A stretch of DNA of 64,000 nt from Flectonema sp. DT1601 (GCA_964019425.1 OZ025787.1:372001-436000); one strand, 5' to 3'. Counted from the stretch's first letter, positions 1 to 15,091 are shown. The notes: a model not told the origin generated them from the letters alone. Numbers and translations: made by a program.

Positions 1-3000
1 CGCGAGGCACACCGATGCCTTTGCAAATTCACAAAAAAAAAGAAGGGTGGAAAACAAACCACCGCCTTCCATTCTCCCCGATGCCTCGTCGGAAGTGTCG
101 TTCAACCACAATACCTCGAAGGATACAATGCCGAGCATGTTGCGTCGCTCAGCATCGTCCACGGCCTTCGAGAGTATGTGTGTTTCACTCTCGACACTCC
201 AACCGAAAATCGACGAATTACCATGTTCGATCTCGTTCGTGGCGTTGGCATGATCCTGTTTTGATTTGAATTTGTTGGTAACTTGTTTTTTTTCAAAAAA
301 ATAATGAAGCTGCTTCCAAAATAAGATAATAAATGAAATAAGAAACATACTTCATATTTTACCACGAAAGTGGCATTTTCTTCTCCTTTGACGCATACCA
401 ACAAAATGCTGAGCATCGCTGCAGCAACGAAAAAGATGTTCATGTTTTTTTTAACTTTATAATAAAGCTGCAGGGAGAAACGAACATAAGGGATGGTCCT
501 CAAATGAACAAACAAAAGAAACAATTAAACTCCAAAAGGAACAAAACTGAAAACACGTTTTATTCCTCAAACATGCTTCATTCATCTAAATACCAACAAG
601 TTCAAAAAGTCCCACCGCACGAAGATAAAAAATACCAACCGATCGGTATCTCCGTCATCCTTTTTCACCACCACCACCGCCGACCATTCAACTTGGTATT
701 CAGGTTCCCGAATTCACCTGTGAGAGGGAAATGAAATAGAGTAAACCAACAGCAATACCATTCGTTAAAACAATAAAAGTATTAATGATGTTAATAATAA
801 TAATAATAATAATATTTGAAGATCCGATATCCAGATCTAACAAGATGTAAATAATAATAATAATAATAATAATAAACCTAAACTTGAACAACTGTTACAT
901 CTCACTATCAAATGCAACATACAATAAAAAATAGGGATTCGTGTGACGTAATCCCCCGAATACCTTTACCGATAACAAAAAAATGATATCGGATATACGT
1001 GCGCAGATGAAAACGACTGTTTGCGAGTGTTGTAATAACTAGAACAACAACATCGTTTACACAATACGTAGCGACAACAAAGGGGCAGAAACTGCAACTT
1101 CAAAATAACTAAAACAACCAATACAAGGGGGTTACAATTAAGGGAAAGGGAATACAGTATAAGTATGTGGACTTGTGTAGATGAGACGTGTCAATCAGGC
1201 AACCCAATTGACAAATAATACCAAAAGATACTGGGAAGTACAGAATACAAACTGTAACTTTCCACGACAAGCATTTGCAGGCAAAGAAGCAAAAATTGGT
1301 TTTGATGAAAAGCGTAATTGAGAAATGTGAAGCTACAACGGCACAATGAGAAGTGACCCAACACACAATCTCTGATACGAGGATTCGGAAAGTTACCAAA
1401 CGAAGACGACAAAAAAGAAAGAACTTAAAAACATCGTCTTCAACTTTGACTACATTGTGAAATCCGTTAGTTTGTTAAATAAAAACTGTGTTTCTAACTC
1501 AAAACTGATAAGGAGCTCTGAAGCTCCCTTAGCTTTAATAAAGAGTATAAAAAAACAAACAATACTAGGGGATTACAATTAAGGGAAAGGGAATACAGTG
1601 TAAGTATGTGGACTTGTGTAGATGAGACGTGTCAATCAGGCAACCCAATTGACAAATAATACCAAAAGATACTGGGAAGTACAGATTACAAACTGTAACT
1701 TACCACGACAAGCATTTGCAGGCAAAGAAGCAAAAATTGGTTTTGATGAAAAGCGTAATTGAGAAATGTGAAGACGACAAAAAAGAAAGAACTTAAAAGC
1801 ATCGTCTTCAACTTTGACTAGTTTAGTTTAGTTTAGTTTAGTTCTACATTGTGAAAACCGTTAGTATGTTATATAAAAACTGTGTTTCTAACTCAAAACT
1901 GGAAAGGAGCTCTGAAGCTCCCTTAGCTTTAATAAAGAGTACAAAAAAACAAACAATACTAGGGGGTTACAATTAAGGGAAAGGGAATACAGTGTAAGTA
2001 TGTGGACTTGTGTAGATGAGACGTGTCAATCAGGCAACCCAATTGACAAATAATACCGATGCCGAAAACACATTGGCACATGACGTGTGTGAATAGGATG
2101 AGATGATCAGTGTGCCAATCAGTTAATCAACCCGATTGATAAATAATTAATAATATTGAGATACGAGATTAAATATAGCTGCTGCTACTGAAGGACAGGA
2201 AGCGAGTGATGTACCAGCTGGTTATGCAAATAAAAGAAGAGACGAAAATGAAGCTGCACGCTTGAAGAGATACAAGCAAGCGTTTGTGTTAAATAAAAAT
2301 CACATCCAATGAGAAGTGACCCAACAGACAATCTCTGATACGAGGATTCGGAAAGTTACCAAACGAAGACGACAAAAAAGAATCGGCAAACTTCACTTTT
2401 TACTTACTCACTCACACTTTTATTTTGTTTGTGCGCAAACAGTAGAAAATCCTAATAAAGGAATAGGTAGTTACGCTGCCACAATTCTCTTTCTACCGAA
2501 CAATGGGTTTGCAGGTACAAAAAAGAAAGAACTTAAAAACATCGTCTTCAACTTTGACTACATTGTGAAATCCGTTAGTTTGTTATATAAAAACTGTGTT
2601 TCTAACTCAAAACTGAAAAGGAGCTCTGAAACTCCCTTAGCTTTAATAAAGAGTATAAAAAAACAAACAATACAAGGGGGTTACAATTAAGGGAAAGGGA
2701 ATACAGTGTTAGTATGTGGACTTGTGTAGATGAGACGTGTCAATCAGGCAACCCAATTGACAAATAATACCAAAAGATACTGGGAAGTACAGAATACAAA
2801 CTGTAACTTTCCACGACAAGCATTTGCAGGCAAAGAAGCAAAAATTGGTTTTGATGAAAAGTGTAATTGAGAAATGTGAAGACGACAAAAAAGAAAGAAC
2901 TTAAAAACATCGTCTTCAACTTTGACTACATTGTGAAAACCGTTAGTTTGTTATATAAAAACTGTGTTTCTAACTCAAAACTGATAAGGAGCTCTGAAGC

Positions 3001-6000
3001 TCCCTTAGCTTTAATAAAGAGTACAAAAAAACAAACAATACTAGGGGATTACAATTAAGGGAAAGGGAATACAGTGTAAGTATGTGGACTTGTGTAGATG
3101 AGACGTGTCAATCAGGCAACCCAATTGACAAATAATACCAAAAGATACTGGGAAGTACAGATTACAAACTGTAACTTACCACGACAAGCATTTGCAGGCA
3201 AAGAAGCAAAAATTGGTTTTGATGAAAAGCATAATTGAGAAATGTGAAGACGACAGAAAAGAAAGAACTTAAAAGCATCGTCTTCAACTTTGACTAGTTT
3301 AGTTTAGTTTAGTTCTACATTGTGAAAACCGTTAGTTTGTTAAATAAAAACTGTGTTTCTAACTCAAAACTGATAAGGAGCTCTGAAGCTCCCTTAGCTT
3401 TAATAAAGAGTACAAAAAAACAAACAATACTAGGGGGTTACAATTAAGGGAAAGGGAATACAGTGTAAGTATGTGGACGTGTGTAGATGAGACGTGTCAA
3501 TCAGGCAACCCAATTGACAAATAATACCAAAAGATACTGGGAAGTACAGAATACAAACTGTAACTTTCCACGACAAGCATTTGCAGGCAAAGAAGCAAAA
3601 ATTGGTTTTGATGAAAAGTGTAATTGAGAAATGTGAAGACGACAAAAAAGAAAGAACTTAAAAACATCGTCTTCAACTTTGACTACATTGTGAAAACCGT
3701 TAGTTTGTTATATAAAAACTGTGTTTCTAACTCAAAACTGATAAGGAGCTCTGAAGCTCCCTTAGCTTTAATAAAGAGTACAAAAAAACAAACAATACTA
3801 GGGGATTACAATTAAGGGAAAGGGAATACAGTGTAAGTATGTGGACTTGTGTAGATGAGACGTGTCAATCAGGCAACCCAATTGACAAATAATACCAAAA
3901 GATACTGGGAAGTACAGATTACAAACTGTAACTTACCACGACAAGCATTTGCAGGCAAAGAAGCAAAAATTGGTTTTGATGAAAAGCATAATTGAGAAAT
4001 GTGAAGACGACAGAAAAGAAAGAACTTAAAAGCATCGTCTTCAACTTTGACTAGTTTAGTTTAGTTTAGTTCTACATTGTGAAAACCGTTAGTTTGTTAA
4101 ATAAAAACTGTGTTTCTAACTCAAAACTGATAAGGAGCTCTGAAGCTCCCTTAGCTTTAATAAAGAGTACAAAAAAACAAACAATACTAGGGGGTTACAA
4201 TTAAGGGAAAGGGAATACAGTGTAAGTATGTGGACGTGTGTAGATGAGACGTGTCAATCAGGCAACCCAATTGACAAATAATACCAAAAGATACTGGGAA
4301 GTACAGAATACAAACTGTAACTTTCCACGACAAGCATTTGCAGGCAAAGAAGCAAAAATTGGTTTTGATGAAAAGTGTAATTGAGAAATGTGAAGACGAC
4401 AAAAAAGAAAGAACTTAAAAACATCGTCTTCAACTTTGACTACATTGTGAAAACCGTTAGTTTGTTAAATAAAAACTGTGTTTCTAACTCAAAACTGGAA
4501 AGGAGCTCTGAAGCTCCCTTAGCTTTAATAAAGAGTACAAAAAAACAAACAATACTAGGGGGTTACAATTAAGGGAAAGGGAATACAGTGTAAGTATGTG
4601 GACGTGTGTAGATGAGACGTGTCAATCAGGCAACCCAATTGACAAATAATACCAAAAGATACTGGGAAGTACAGATTACAAACTGTAACTTTCCACGACA
4701 AGCATTTGCAGGCAAAGAAGCAAAAATTGGTTTTGATGAAAAGTGCAATTGAGAAATGTGAAGACGACAAAAAAGAAAGAACTTAAAAACATCGTCTTCA
4801 ACTTTGACTACATTGTGAAAACCGTTAGTTTGTTAAATAAAAACTGTGTTTCTAACTCAAAACTGGAAAGGAGCTCTGAAGCTCCCTTAGCTTTAATAAA
4901 GAGTACAAAAAAACAAACAATACTAGGGGGTTACAATTAAGGGAAAGGGAATACAGTGTAAGTATGTGGACTTGTGTAGATGAGACGTGTCAATCAGGCA
5001 ACCCAATTGACAAATAATACCGATGCCGAAAACACATTGGCACATGACGTGTGTGAATAGGATGAGATGATCAGTGTGCCAATCAGTTAATCAACCCGAT
5101 TGATAAATAATTAATAATATTGAGATACGAGATTAAATATAGCTGCTGCTACTGAAGGACAGGAAGCGAGTGATGTACCAGCTGGTTACGCAAATAAAAG
5201 AAGAGAGGAAAATGAAGCTGCACGCTTGAAGAGATACAAGCAAGCGTTTGTGTTAAATAAAAATCACATCTACGGTCATCCTTTTATCAAAAGAGCTGAT
5301 AAAGTTCGAAACAGATTATCGAAACATTATAGAAAAATACAATCCAGCCGTACGTCTCTTCATACTTGCCAAAAAAGGAAAAAACAATTTTCTCAAACAA
5401 CGACCTGCCGAGAGACTGACCGACGCTGGAACACAGTTGACACATGAAACCCGAAGGCGACAATGAACACCCTTCACAAGCAGATACCAATGCGGAGAGC
5501 ACTGCATCCACTGACTCAGAAACCACAGTTTCAATTACGGTTCTGGTTGTCTCTTCCAAATCAGCATGACCGCTCCCCGCAGAAGCTGGATTTCCACCGA
5601 CTAACAGCCGGTGTAGCACTCTCACAAGAAAGCCAAAAAGGCCAAATTCCCCCGCGAGGCACACCGATGCCTTTGCAAATTCACAAAAAAAAAGAAGGGT
5701 GGAAAACAAACCACCGCCTTCCATTCTCCCCGATGCCTCGTCGGAAGTGTCGTTCAACCACAATACCTCGAAGGATACAATGCCGAGCATGTTGCGTCGC
5801 TCAGCATCGTCCACGGCCTTCGAGAGTATGTGTGTTTCACTCTCGACACTCCAACCGAAAATCGACAAATTACCATGTTCGATCTCGTTCGTGGCGTTGG
5901 CATGATCCTGTTTTGATTTGAATTTGTTGGTAACTTGTTTTTTTTCAAAAAAATAATGAAGCTGCTTCCAAAATAAGATGATAAACAAAATAAGAAACAT

Positions 6001-9000
6001 ACTTCATATTTTACCACGAAAGTGGCATTTTCTTCTCCTTTGACGCATACCAACAAAATGCTGAGCATCGCTGCAGCAACGAAAAAGATGTTCATGTTTT
6101 TTTTAACTTTATAATAAAGCTGCAGGGAGAAACGAACATAAGGGATGGTCCTCAAATGAACAAACAAAAGAAACAATTAAACACCAAAAGGAACAAAACT
6201 GAAAACACGTTTTATTCCTCAAACATGCTTCATTCATCTAAATACCAACAAGTTCAAAAAGTCCAACCGCACGAAGATAAAAAATACCAACCGATCGGTA
6301 TCTCCGTCATCCTTTTTCACCACCACCACCGCCGACCATTCAACTTGGTATTCAGGTTCCCGAATTCACCTATGAGAGGGAAATGAAATAGAGTAAACCA
6401 ACAGCAATACCATTCGTTAAAACAATAAAAGTATTAATGATGTTAATAATAATAATAATAATAATATTTGAAGATCCGATATCCAGATCTAACAAGATGT
6501 AAATAATAATAATAATAATAATAATAAACCTAAACTTGAACAACTGTTACATCTCACTATCAAATGCAACATACAATAAAAAATAGGGATTCGTGTGACG
6601 TAATCCCCCGAATACCTTTACCGATAACAAAAAAATGATATCGGATATACGTGCGCAGATGAAAACGACTGTTTGCGAGTGTTGTAATAACTAGAACAAC
6701 AACATCGTTTACACAATACGTAGCGACAACAAAGGGGCAGAAACTGCAACTTCAAAATAACTAAAACAACCAATACAAGGGGGTTACAATTAAGGGAAAG
6801 GGAATACAGTATAAGTATGTGGACTTGTGTAGATGAGACGTGTCAATCAGGCAACCCAATTGACAAATAATACCAAAAGATACTGGGAAGTACAGAATAC
6901 AAACTGAAACTTTCCACGACAAGCATTTGCTGGCAAAGAAGCAAAAATTGGTTTTGATGAAAAGCGTAATTGAGAAATGTGAAGCTACAACGGCACAATG
7001 AGAAGTGACCCAACACACAATCTCTGATACGAGGATTCGGAAAGTTACCAAACGAAGACGACAAAAAAGAAAGAACTTAAAAACATCGTCTTCAACTTTG
7101 ACTACATTGTGAAATCCGTTAGTTTGTTAAATAAAAACTGTGTTTCTAACTCAAAACTGATAAGGAGCTCTGAAGCTCCCTTACCTTTAATAAAGAGTAC
7201 AAAAAAACAAACAATACTAGGGGGTTACAATTAAGGGAAAGGGGAATACAGTGTAAGTATGTGGACTTGTGTAGATGAGACGTGTCAATCAGGCAACCCA
7301 ATTGACAAATAATACCAAAAGATACTGGGAAGTACAGATTACAAACTGTAACTTACCACGACAAGCATTTGCAGGCAAAGAAGCAAAAATTGGTTTTGAT
7401 GAAAAGCGTAATTGAGAAATGTGAAGACGACAAAAAAGAAAGAACTTAAAAGCATCGTCTTCAACTTTGACTAGTTTAGTTTAGTTTAGTTCTACATTGT
7501 GAAAACCGTTAGTTTGTTAAATAAAAACTGTGTTTCTAACTCAAAACTGGAAAGGAGCTCTGAAGCTCCCTTAGCTTTAATAAAGAGTACAAAAAAACAA
7601 ACAATACTAGGGGGTTACAATTAAGGGAAAGGGAATACAGTGTAAGTATGTGGACTTGTGTAGATGAGACGTGTCAATCAGGCAACCCAATTGACAAATA
7701 ATACCGATGCCGAAAACACATTGGCACATGACGTGTGTGAATAGGATGAGATGATCAGTGTGCCAATCAGTTAATCAACCCGATTGATAAATAATTAATA
7801 ATATTGAGATACGAGATTAAATATAGCTGCTGCTACTGAAGGACAGGAAGCGAGTGATGTACCAGCTGGTTACGCAAATAAAAGAAGAGAGGAAAATGAA
7901 GCTGCACGCTTGAAGAGATACAAGCAAGCGTTTGTGTTAAATAAAAATCACATCCAATGAGAAGTGACCCAACAGACAATCTCTGATACGAGGATTCGGA
8001 AAGTTACCAAACGAAGACGACAAAAAAGAATCGGCAAACTTCACTTTTTACTTACTCACTCACACTTTTATTTTGTTTGTGCGCAAACAGTAGAAAATCC
8101 TAATAAAGGAATAGGTAGTTACGCTGCCACAATTCTCTTTCTACCGAACAATGGGTTTGCAGGTACAAAAAAGAAAGAACTTAAAAATATCGTCTTCAAA
8201 TTTGACTACATTGTGAAATCCGTTAGTATGTTATATAAAAACTGTGTTTCTAACTTAAAACTGAAAAGGAGCTCTGAAACTCCCTTAGCTTTAATAAAGA
8301 GTACAAAAAAACAAACAATACTAGGGGGTTACAATTAAGGGAAAGGGAATACAGTATAAGTATGTGGACTTGTGTAGATGAGACGTGTCAATCAGGCAAC
8401 CCAATTGACAAATAATACCAAAAGATACTGGGAAGTACAGAATACAAACTGTAACTTTCCACGACAAGCATTTGCAGGCAAAGAAGCAAAAATTGGTTTT
8501 GATGAAAAGCGTAATTGAGAAATGTGAAGACGACAAAAAAGAAAGAACTTAAAAGCATCGTCTTCAACTTTGACTACATTGTGAAAACCGTTAGTTTGTT
8601 AAATAAAAACTGTGTTTCTAACTCAAAACTGGAAAGGAGCTCTGAAGCTCCCTTAGCTTTAATAAAGAGTACAAAAAAACAAACAATACTAGGGGGTTAC
8701 AATTAAGGGAAAGGGAATACAGTGTAAGTATGTGGACTTGTGTAGATGAGACGTGTCAATCAGGCAACCCAATTGACAAATAATACCAAAAGATACTGGG
8801 AAGTACAGAACACAAACTGTAACTTTCCACGACAAGCATTTGCAGGCAAAAGAAGCAAAAATTGGTTTTGATGAAAAGTGTAATTGAGAAATGTGAAGTT
8901 ACAACGGCACAATGAGAAGTGACCCAACACACAATCTCTGATACGAGGATTCGGAAAGTAACCAAACGAAGACGACAAAAAAGAAAGAACTCAAAAGCAT

Positions 9001-12000
9001 CGTCTTCAACTTTGACTACATTGTGAAAACCGTTAGTTTGTTAAATAAAAACTGTGTTTCTAACTCAAGACTGAAAAGGAGCTCTGAAGCTCCCTTAGCT
9101 TTAATAAAGAGTACAAAAAAACAAACAATACTAGGGGGTTACAATTAAGGGAAAGGGAATACAATGTAAGTATGTGGACTTGTGTAGATGAGACGTGTCA
9201 ATCAGGCAACCCAATTGACAAATAATACCGATGCCGAAAACACATTGGCACATGACGTGTGTGAATAGGATGAGATGATCAGTGTGCCAATCAGTTAATC
9301 AACCCGATTGATAAATAATTAATAATATTGAGATACGAGATTAAATATAGCTGCTGCTACTGAAGGACAGGAAGCGAGTGATGTACCAGCTGGTTACGCA
9401 AATAAAAGAAGAGAGGAAAATGAAGCTGCACGCTTGAAGAGATACAAGCAAGCGTTTGTGTTAAATAAAAATCACATCTACGGTCATCCTTTTATCAAAA
9501 GAGCTGATAAAGTTCGAAACAGATTATCGAAACATTATAGAAAAATACAATCCAGCCGTACGTCTCTTCATACTTGCCAAAAAAGGAAAAAACAATTTTC
9601 TCAAACAACGACCTGCCGAGAGACTGACCGACGCTGGAACACAGTTGACACATGAAACCCGAAGGCGACAATGAACACCCTTCACAAGCAGATACCAATG
9701 CGGAGAGCACTGCATCCACTGACTCAGAAACCACAGTTTCAATTACGGTTCTGGTTGTCTCTTCCAAATCAGCATGACCGCTCCCCGCAGAAGCTGGATT
9801 TCCACCGACTAACAGCCGGTGTAGCACTCTCACAAGAAAGCCAAAAAGGCCAAATTCCCCCGCGAGGCACACCGATGCCTTTGCAAATTCACAAAAAAAA
9901 AGAAGGGTGGAAAACAAACCACCGCCTTCCATTCTCCCCGATGCCTCGTCGGAAGTGTCGTTCAACCACAATACCTCGAAGGATACAATGCCGAGCATGT
10001 TGCGTCGCTCAGCATCGTCCACGGCCTTCGAGAGTATGTGTGTTTCACTCTCGACACTCCAACCGAAAATCGACAAATTACCATGTTCGATCTCGTTCGT
10101 GGCGTTGGCATAATCCTGTTTTGAGTTGAATTTGTTGGTAACTTGTTTTTTTTCAAAAAAATAATGAAGCTGCTTCCAAAATAAGATGATAAACAAAATA
10201 AGAAACATACTTCATATTTTACCACGAAAGTGGCATTTTCTTCTCCTTTGACGCATACCAACAAAATGCTGAGCATCGCTGCAGCAACGAAAAAGATGTT
10301 CATGTTTTTTTTAACTTTATAATAAAGCTGCAGGGAGAAACGAACATAAGGGATGGTCCTCAAATGAACAAACAAAAGAAACAATTAAACTCCAAAAGGA
10401 ACAAAACTGAAAACACGTTTTATTCCTCAAACATGCTTCATTCATCTAAATACCAACAAGTTCAAAAAGTCCCACCGCACGAAGATAAAAAACACCAACC
10501 GATCGGTATCTCCGTCATCCTTTTTTACCACCACCACCGCCGACCATTCAACTTGGTATTCAGGTTCCCGAATTCACCTATGAGAGGGAAATGAAATAGA
10601 GTAAACCAACAGCAATACCATTCGTTAAAACAATAAAAAGTAAACTAAGAAGCTTCAGAAGGTTCAGAAGGTTCAGATGGTTAAGAGTAAAAGTGTGTAT
10701 CATTAATATCAGCATGACCGCTCCCCGCAGAAGCTGGATTTCTACCGACTAACAGCCGGTGTAGCACTCTGACAAGAAAGCTAAAAAGGCCAAATGCTCC
10801 CGCGAGGCACATCGATGCCTTTGCAAATTCACAAAAAAAAAAAAAAAAAAGAAAGAAAGAAAGGGGAATAACTAACCTCCGCTTCACGTTTTCTCGGTTC
10901 CCTCGTTGGAAGTGCTTTTCAACGACACAACCGGGCTGGAAGCGAGGGTTTTGGAGTCCGCAATCTGAAAGTTAACTTGGTTGAGATCGATGTTGAAATC
11001 GATGTTGAACCGAAACTTGAGTTTCAAACTTCCATCTGTCCGTTAAATCCTTGAACAGATACCATACAACTCGGATTCGGTCTTGGCGTTAGAATTGTCC
11101 TGTTTTGAGTTGAATTTGTTGGTAACTTGTTAATTGTTTTTTTCAAAAGAAATAATGAAGCTGCTTCCAAAATAAGATGATAAATAAAATAAGAAACATA
11201 CCATGGCAAATCTACACAAAACCATGTCATGCTCAACCGCGTTTCCATTGAAACGCCAATCATATCCACTGAAAGTGGCATTATTTTCACCTTTAATGCA
11301 GAGAATGCAGAGCATTACTACAGCAACGAAAAAACTGTTCATGTTTTTTTAAACTTTATAATAAAGCTGCAGGGAGAAACGAACATAAGGGATGGTCCTC
11401 AAATGAACAAACAAAAGAAACAATTAAACTCCAAAAGGAACAAAACTGAAAACACGTTTTATTCCTCAAACATGCTTCATTCATCTAAATACCAACAAGT
11501 TCAAAAAGTCCCACCGCACGAAGATAAAAAACACCAACCGATCGGTATCTCCGTCATCCTTTTTCACCACCACCACCGCCGACCATTCAACTTGGTATTC
11601 AGGTTCCCGAATTCACCTGTGAGAGGGAAATGAAATAGAGTAAACCAACAGCAATACCATTCGTTAAAACAATAAAAAGTAAACTAAGAAGGTTCAGAAG
11701 GTTCAGAAGGTTCAGATGGTTAAGAGTAAAAGTGTGTATCATTAATATCAGCATGACCGCTCCCCGCAGAAGCTGGATTTCTACCGACTAACAGCCGGTG
11801 TAGCACTCTCGCAAGAAAGCTAAAAAGGCCAAATGCTCCCGCGAGGCACACCGATTCTTTTGTGATTTTGCGGGGGGAAAAAAAAAGGGGGTGGGAACAA
11901 CGAACCTCCGCTTCACGTTTTCTCTGATCCCTCGTTGGAAGTGCCGTTCAACGACAATACCTCGAAGGACACAATGCCGAGCATTTCGCGTCGCTCAGCA

Positions 12001-13750
12001 TCGTCCACGGCCTTCGAGAGAAACCTGCGCCTGAGCATTACTACAGCAACGAAAAAGCTGGTCATGTTTTTTAAACTTTATAATAAAGCTGCAGGGAGAA
12101 ACGAACATAAGGGATGGTCCTCAAATGAACAAACAAATGAAACAATTAAACACCAAAAGGAATAAAACTGAAAACACGTTTTATTCCTCAAACATGCTTC
12201 ATTCATCTAAATACCAACAAGTTCAAAAAGTCCCACCGCACGAAGATAAAAAATACCAACCGATCGGTATCTCCGTCATCCTTTTTCACCACCACCACCG
12301 CCGACCATTCAACTTGGTATTCAGGTTCCCGAATTCACCTGTGAGAGGGAAATGAAATAGAGTAAACCAACAGCAATACCATTCGTTAAAACAATAAAAA
12401 GTAAACTAAGAAGGTTCAGAAGGTTCAGAAGGTTCAGAAGGTTAAGAGTAAAAGTGTGTATCATTAATATCAGCATGACCGCTCCCCGCAGAAGCTGGAT
12501 TTCTACCGACTAACGGCCGGTGTAGCACTCTGACAAGAAAGCTAAAAAGGCCAAATGCTCGCGCGAAGCACACCGATGCCTTTGCAAATTCACAAAAAAA
12601 AAAAAAAAAAAGAAAGGGGAACAACGAACCTCTGCTTCACGTTTCTCTGATCCCTCGTTGGAAGTGCTGTTCAACGACACAACCGGGCTGGAAGCGAGGG
12701 TTTTGGAGTCCGCAATCTGAAAGTTAACTTGGTTGAGATTGATGTTGAAATCGATGTTGAACCGAAACTTGAGTTTCAAACTCCCATCTGTCCGTCAAAT
12801 CCTTGAACAGATACCATACAACTCGGATTCGGTCTTGGCGTTAGAATTGTCCTGTCCACGCTGGAACACACTTGACACATGAAACCCGAAGGCGACAATG
12901 AACACCCTTCACAAGCAGATACCAATGCGGAGAGCACTGCATCCACTGACTCAGAAACCACAGTTTCAATTACGGTTCTGGTTGTCTCCTCCAAATCAGC
13001 ATGACCGCTCCCCGCAGAAGCTGGATTTCCACCGACTAACAGCCGGTGTAGCACTCTCACAAGAAAGCCAAAAAGGCCAAATTCCCCCGCGAGGCACACC
13101 GATGCCTTTGCAAATTCACAAAAAAAAAGAAGGGTGGAAAACAAACCACCGCCTTCCATTCTCTCCGATCCCTCGTCGGAAGTGTCGTTCAACCACAATA
13201 CCTCGAAGGATACAATGCCGAGCATGTTGCGTCGCTCAGCATCGTCCACGGCCTTCGAGAGTATGTGTGTTTCACTCCGACACTCCAACCGAAAATCGAC
13301 GAATTACCAATGGTGTGTTGTTCGATCTCGTTCGTGGCGTTGGCATGATCCTGTTTTTAGTTGAATTTGTTGGTAACTTGTTTTTTTCAAAGAAAATAAT
13401 GAAGCTGCTTACAAAATAAGATAATAAATGAAATAAGAAACATACTTCATATTTTACCACGAAAGTGGCATTTTCTTCTCCTTTGACGCATACCAACAAA
13501 ATGCTGAGCATTACTGCAGCAACGAAAAAACTGTTCATGTTTTTTTTAACTTTATAATAAAGCTGCAGGGAGAAACGAACATAAGGGATGGTCCTCAAAT
13601 GAACAAACAAAAGAAACAATTAAACACCAAAAGGAACAAAACTGAAAACACGTTTTATTCTTCAAACATGCTTCATTCATCTAAATACCAACAAGTTCAA
13701 AAAGTCCCACCGCACGAAGATAAAAAATACCAACCGATCGGTATCTCCGT
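1..13750. repeat. Hierarchical complex tandem array (large units offset 5652 and 4208 bp, then shorter shuffled modules)
   Basis: Near-identical ORF-track blocks recur at 102/5754/9962, 5287/9495 and 504/6156/10364/12125; the array ends abruptly near 13750. Confidence 0.95.
1115..5020. repeat. Nested ~368/389-bp tandem monomers (757-bp dimer); second block ~6767-9230
   Basis: Motif gggaaagggaatacagtgtaagtatgtggac recurs; ORF starts 2867, 3624, 4381 are 757 bp apart; the longer monomers carry a (GTTTA)n insertion. Confidence 0.95.
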
Positions 13751-14140
13751 GTGGCTGGTAATAAAATAGAAAAGCTGTGAAGATTATTTCAAACAATTCA
13801 TTCCACCACCCTACTCTGTTAACCCTGTTAGTTCGGATTAAACACAACGTCTGGTCCTAGTGACCTATGAACAAGATCGAATTAGTGTCCTGACTTATTT
13901 GCATAGTTCTCTTCTCTTATTTTACGCACATGTTGACATTTTAACCTTTAAGTTGAGGATATATTATTTTAAGCGCTGTTTTAGTAGCCATTTCCAGTCT
14001 TCCTTATCAACAAAAAGATGAAAATGAGGAAGAGTTTTATTTTGCTTTTTTTTTTGTTTTGTTTTTTTTAATAAAAGTAATTGATTAAAGCTAAACTTGT
14101 TTCAATACCCATCCGAGACAAGACAGAGAGCAGATGAAAC

Positions 14141-15091
14141 CTACGGTTTACGGTTCTCCATTCCGAGTCTTCTTCTGACGGCATCAACCTTTTGGTTGGC
14201 ACGGTACTTTCTCTGGGCCAAGTTGTATGGTCTGTTGGCCTTGAGTTTGTAGCTACGTGGCTTCTTCTCGGACGCCTTCTGCTTTCTGGCGGCGGTGACC
14301 TGAGTTGGGTTTCTGGCCTTAGGGTTCTTTCTGATCTCCTCGTGAACCTTAACGTACATCTCTTCCAAGTCGTCAACGTCTTCAATACCGACAGCGATGT
14401 ATCTGGAGAAGTGGCACTTGTACTTGTCAGGGTCCTCTTCCTTCATCTCCTCCATCCACTCACCAACGTGAGCTCCCATGATACGACTGCGATGAGTCTC
14501 AGCATCAAGGGATCCGTTCGATGGGTTGTATCCAGGGAACCTCTTGTCACTGTGAGGAACGTTGAGTCCACCGTCAACAGCTCCCTTCAAACATGCGAAA
14601 ACTCTGTTTCCGATGGTTGGGCGGGCAAGACCAATGTCAAGGAAGGCCTTGAATGGACGGCTTCCATCCTTCTCTCTCTTGTACTTCTTCTCATCGAACT
14701 GGAAGTGTTCGCCATCACATTCCTTGACACCTTCGTACTTCTTCTCCAATCCCTTGAGGGTGAGGATACGACGGGCAAGAAGGAGACCAGTTGCGTAGCA
14801 AGCGGCGTAGTTGGCGTATCCGATCTTCACACCGTAGTCCTTAAGTTCCCATGAGTAGGCAGACGCGTGGGTACGGTCTCCCTTCAACTCAGCAGAGACA
14901 ATCTGACAAGTGGCGTGTCTGTTACTGATACGGGCAACCAAACGGTACTTGGCGGCCTGGTACTTGTTCTTGGCTTGGGTGACCAACAAACGGCGCTGAA
15001 GGTAGTCAGTCTTTCCCTCACGTCTACGACGATACTTGACCTGGTACCTCTTAAAGTACGCGTTGTTCTTCTGAACCTTGACGAATGGCAT
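14141..15091 (-). CDS. RPL5: 60S ribosomal protein L5 (uL18), copy 1
   Basis: 316 aa; [45 protein letters not shown] and [13 protein letters not shown] are characteristic eukaryotic L5 motifs. Confidence 0.98.
   Translation of the reverse strand: MPFVKVQKNNAYFKRYQVKYRRRREGKTDYLQRRLLVTQAKNKYQAAKYRLVARISNRHATCQIVSAELKGDRTHASAYSWELKDYGVKIGYANYAACYATGLLLARRILTLKGLEKKYEGVKECDGEHFQFDEKKYKREKDGSRPFKAFLDIGLARPTIGNRVFACLKGAVDGGLNVPHSDKRFPGYNPSNGSLDAETHRSRIMGAHVGEWMEEMKEEDPDKYKCHFSRYIAVGIEDVDDLEEMYVKVHEEIRKNPKARNPTQVTAARKQKASEKKPRSYKLKANRPYNLAQRKYRANQKVDAVRRRLGMENRKP

Noticed and set aside
1231..1266. Minus strand aaagttacagtttgtattctgtactt in the 368-bp monomer resembles the euglenozoan spliced-leader 3' half (as recalled, ...ACAGTTTCTGTACTT...)
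   Set aside because: Needs a 5-nt insertion and lacks the AAC(T/C)AA start and the TTG/GT donor; not supportable as an SL RNA gene array.
5287..6000. 237-aa ORF and other ORFs in the tandem arrays
   Set aside because: Chimeric across module junctions, includes translated homopolymers, no recognisable domain.
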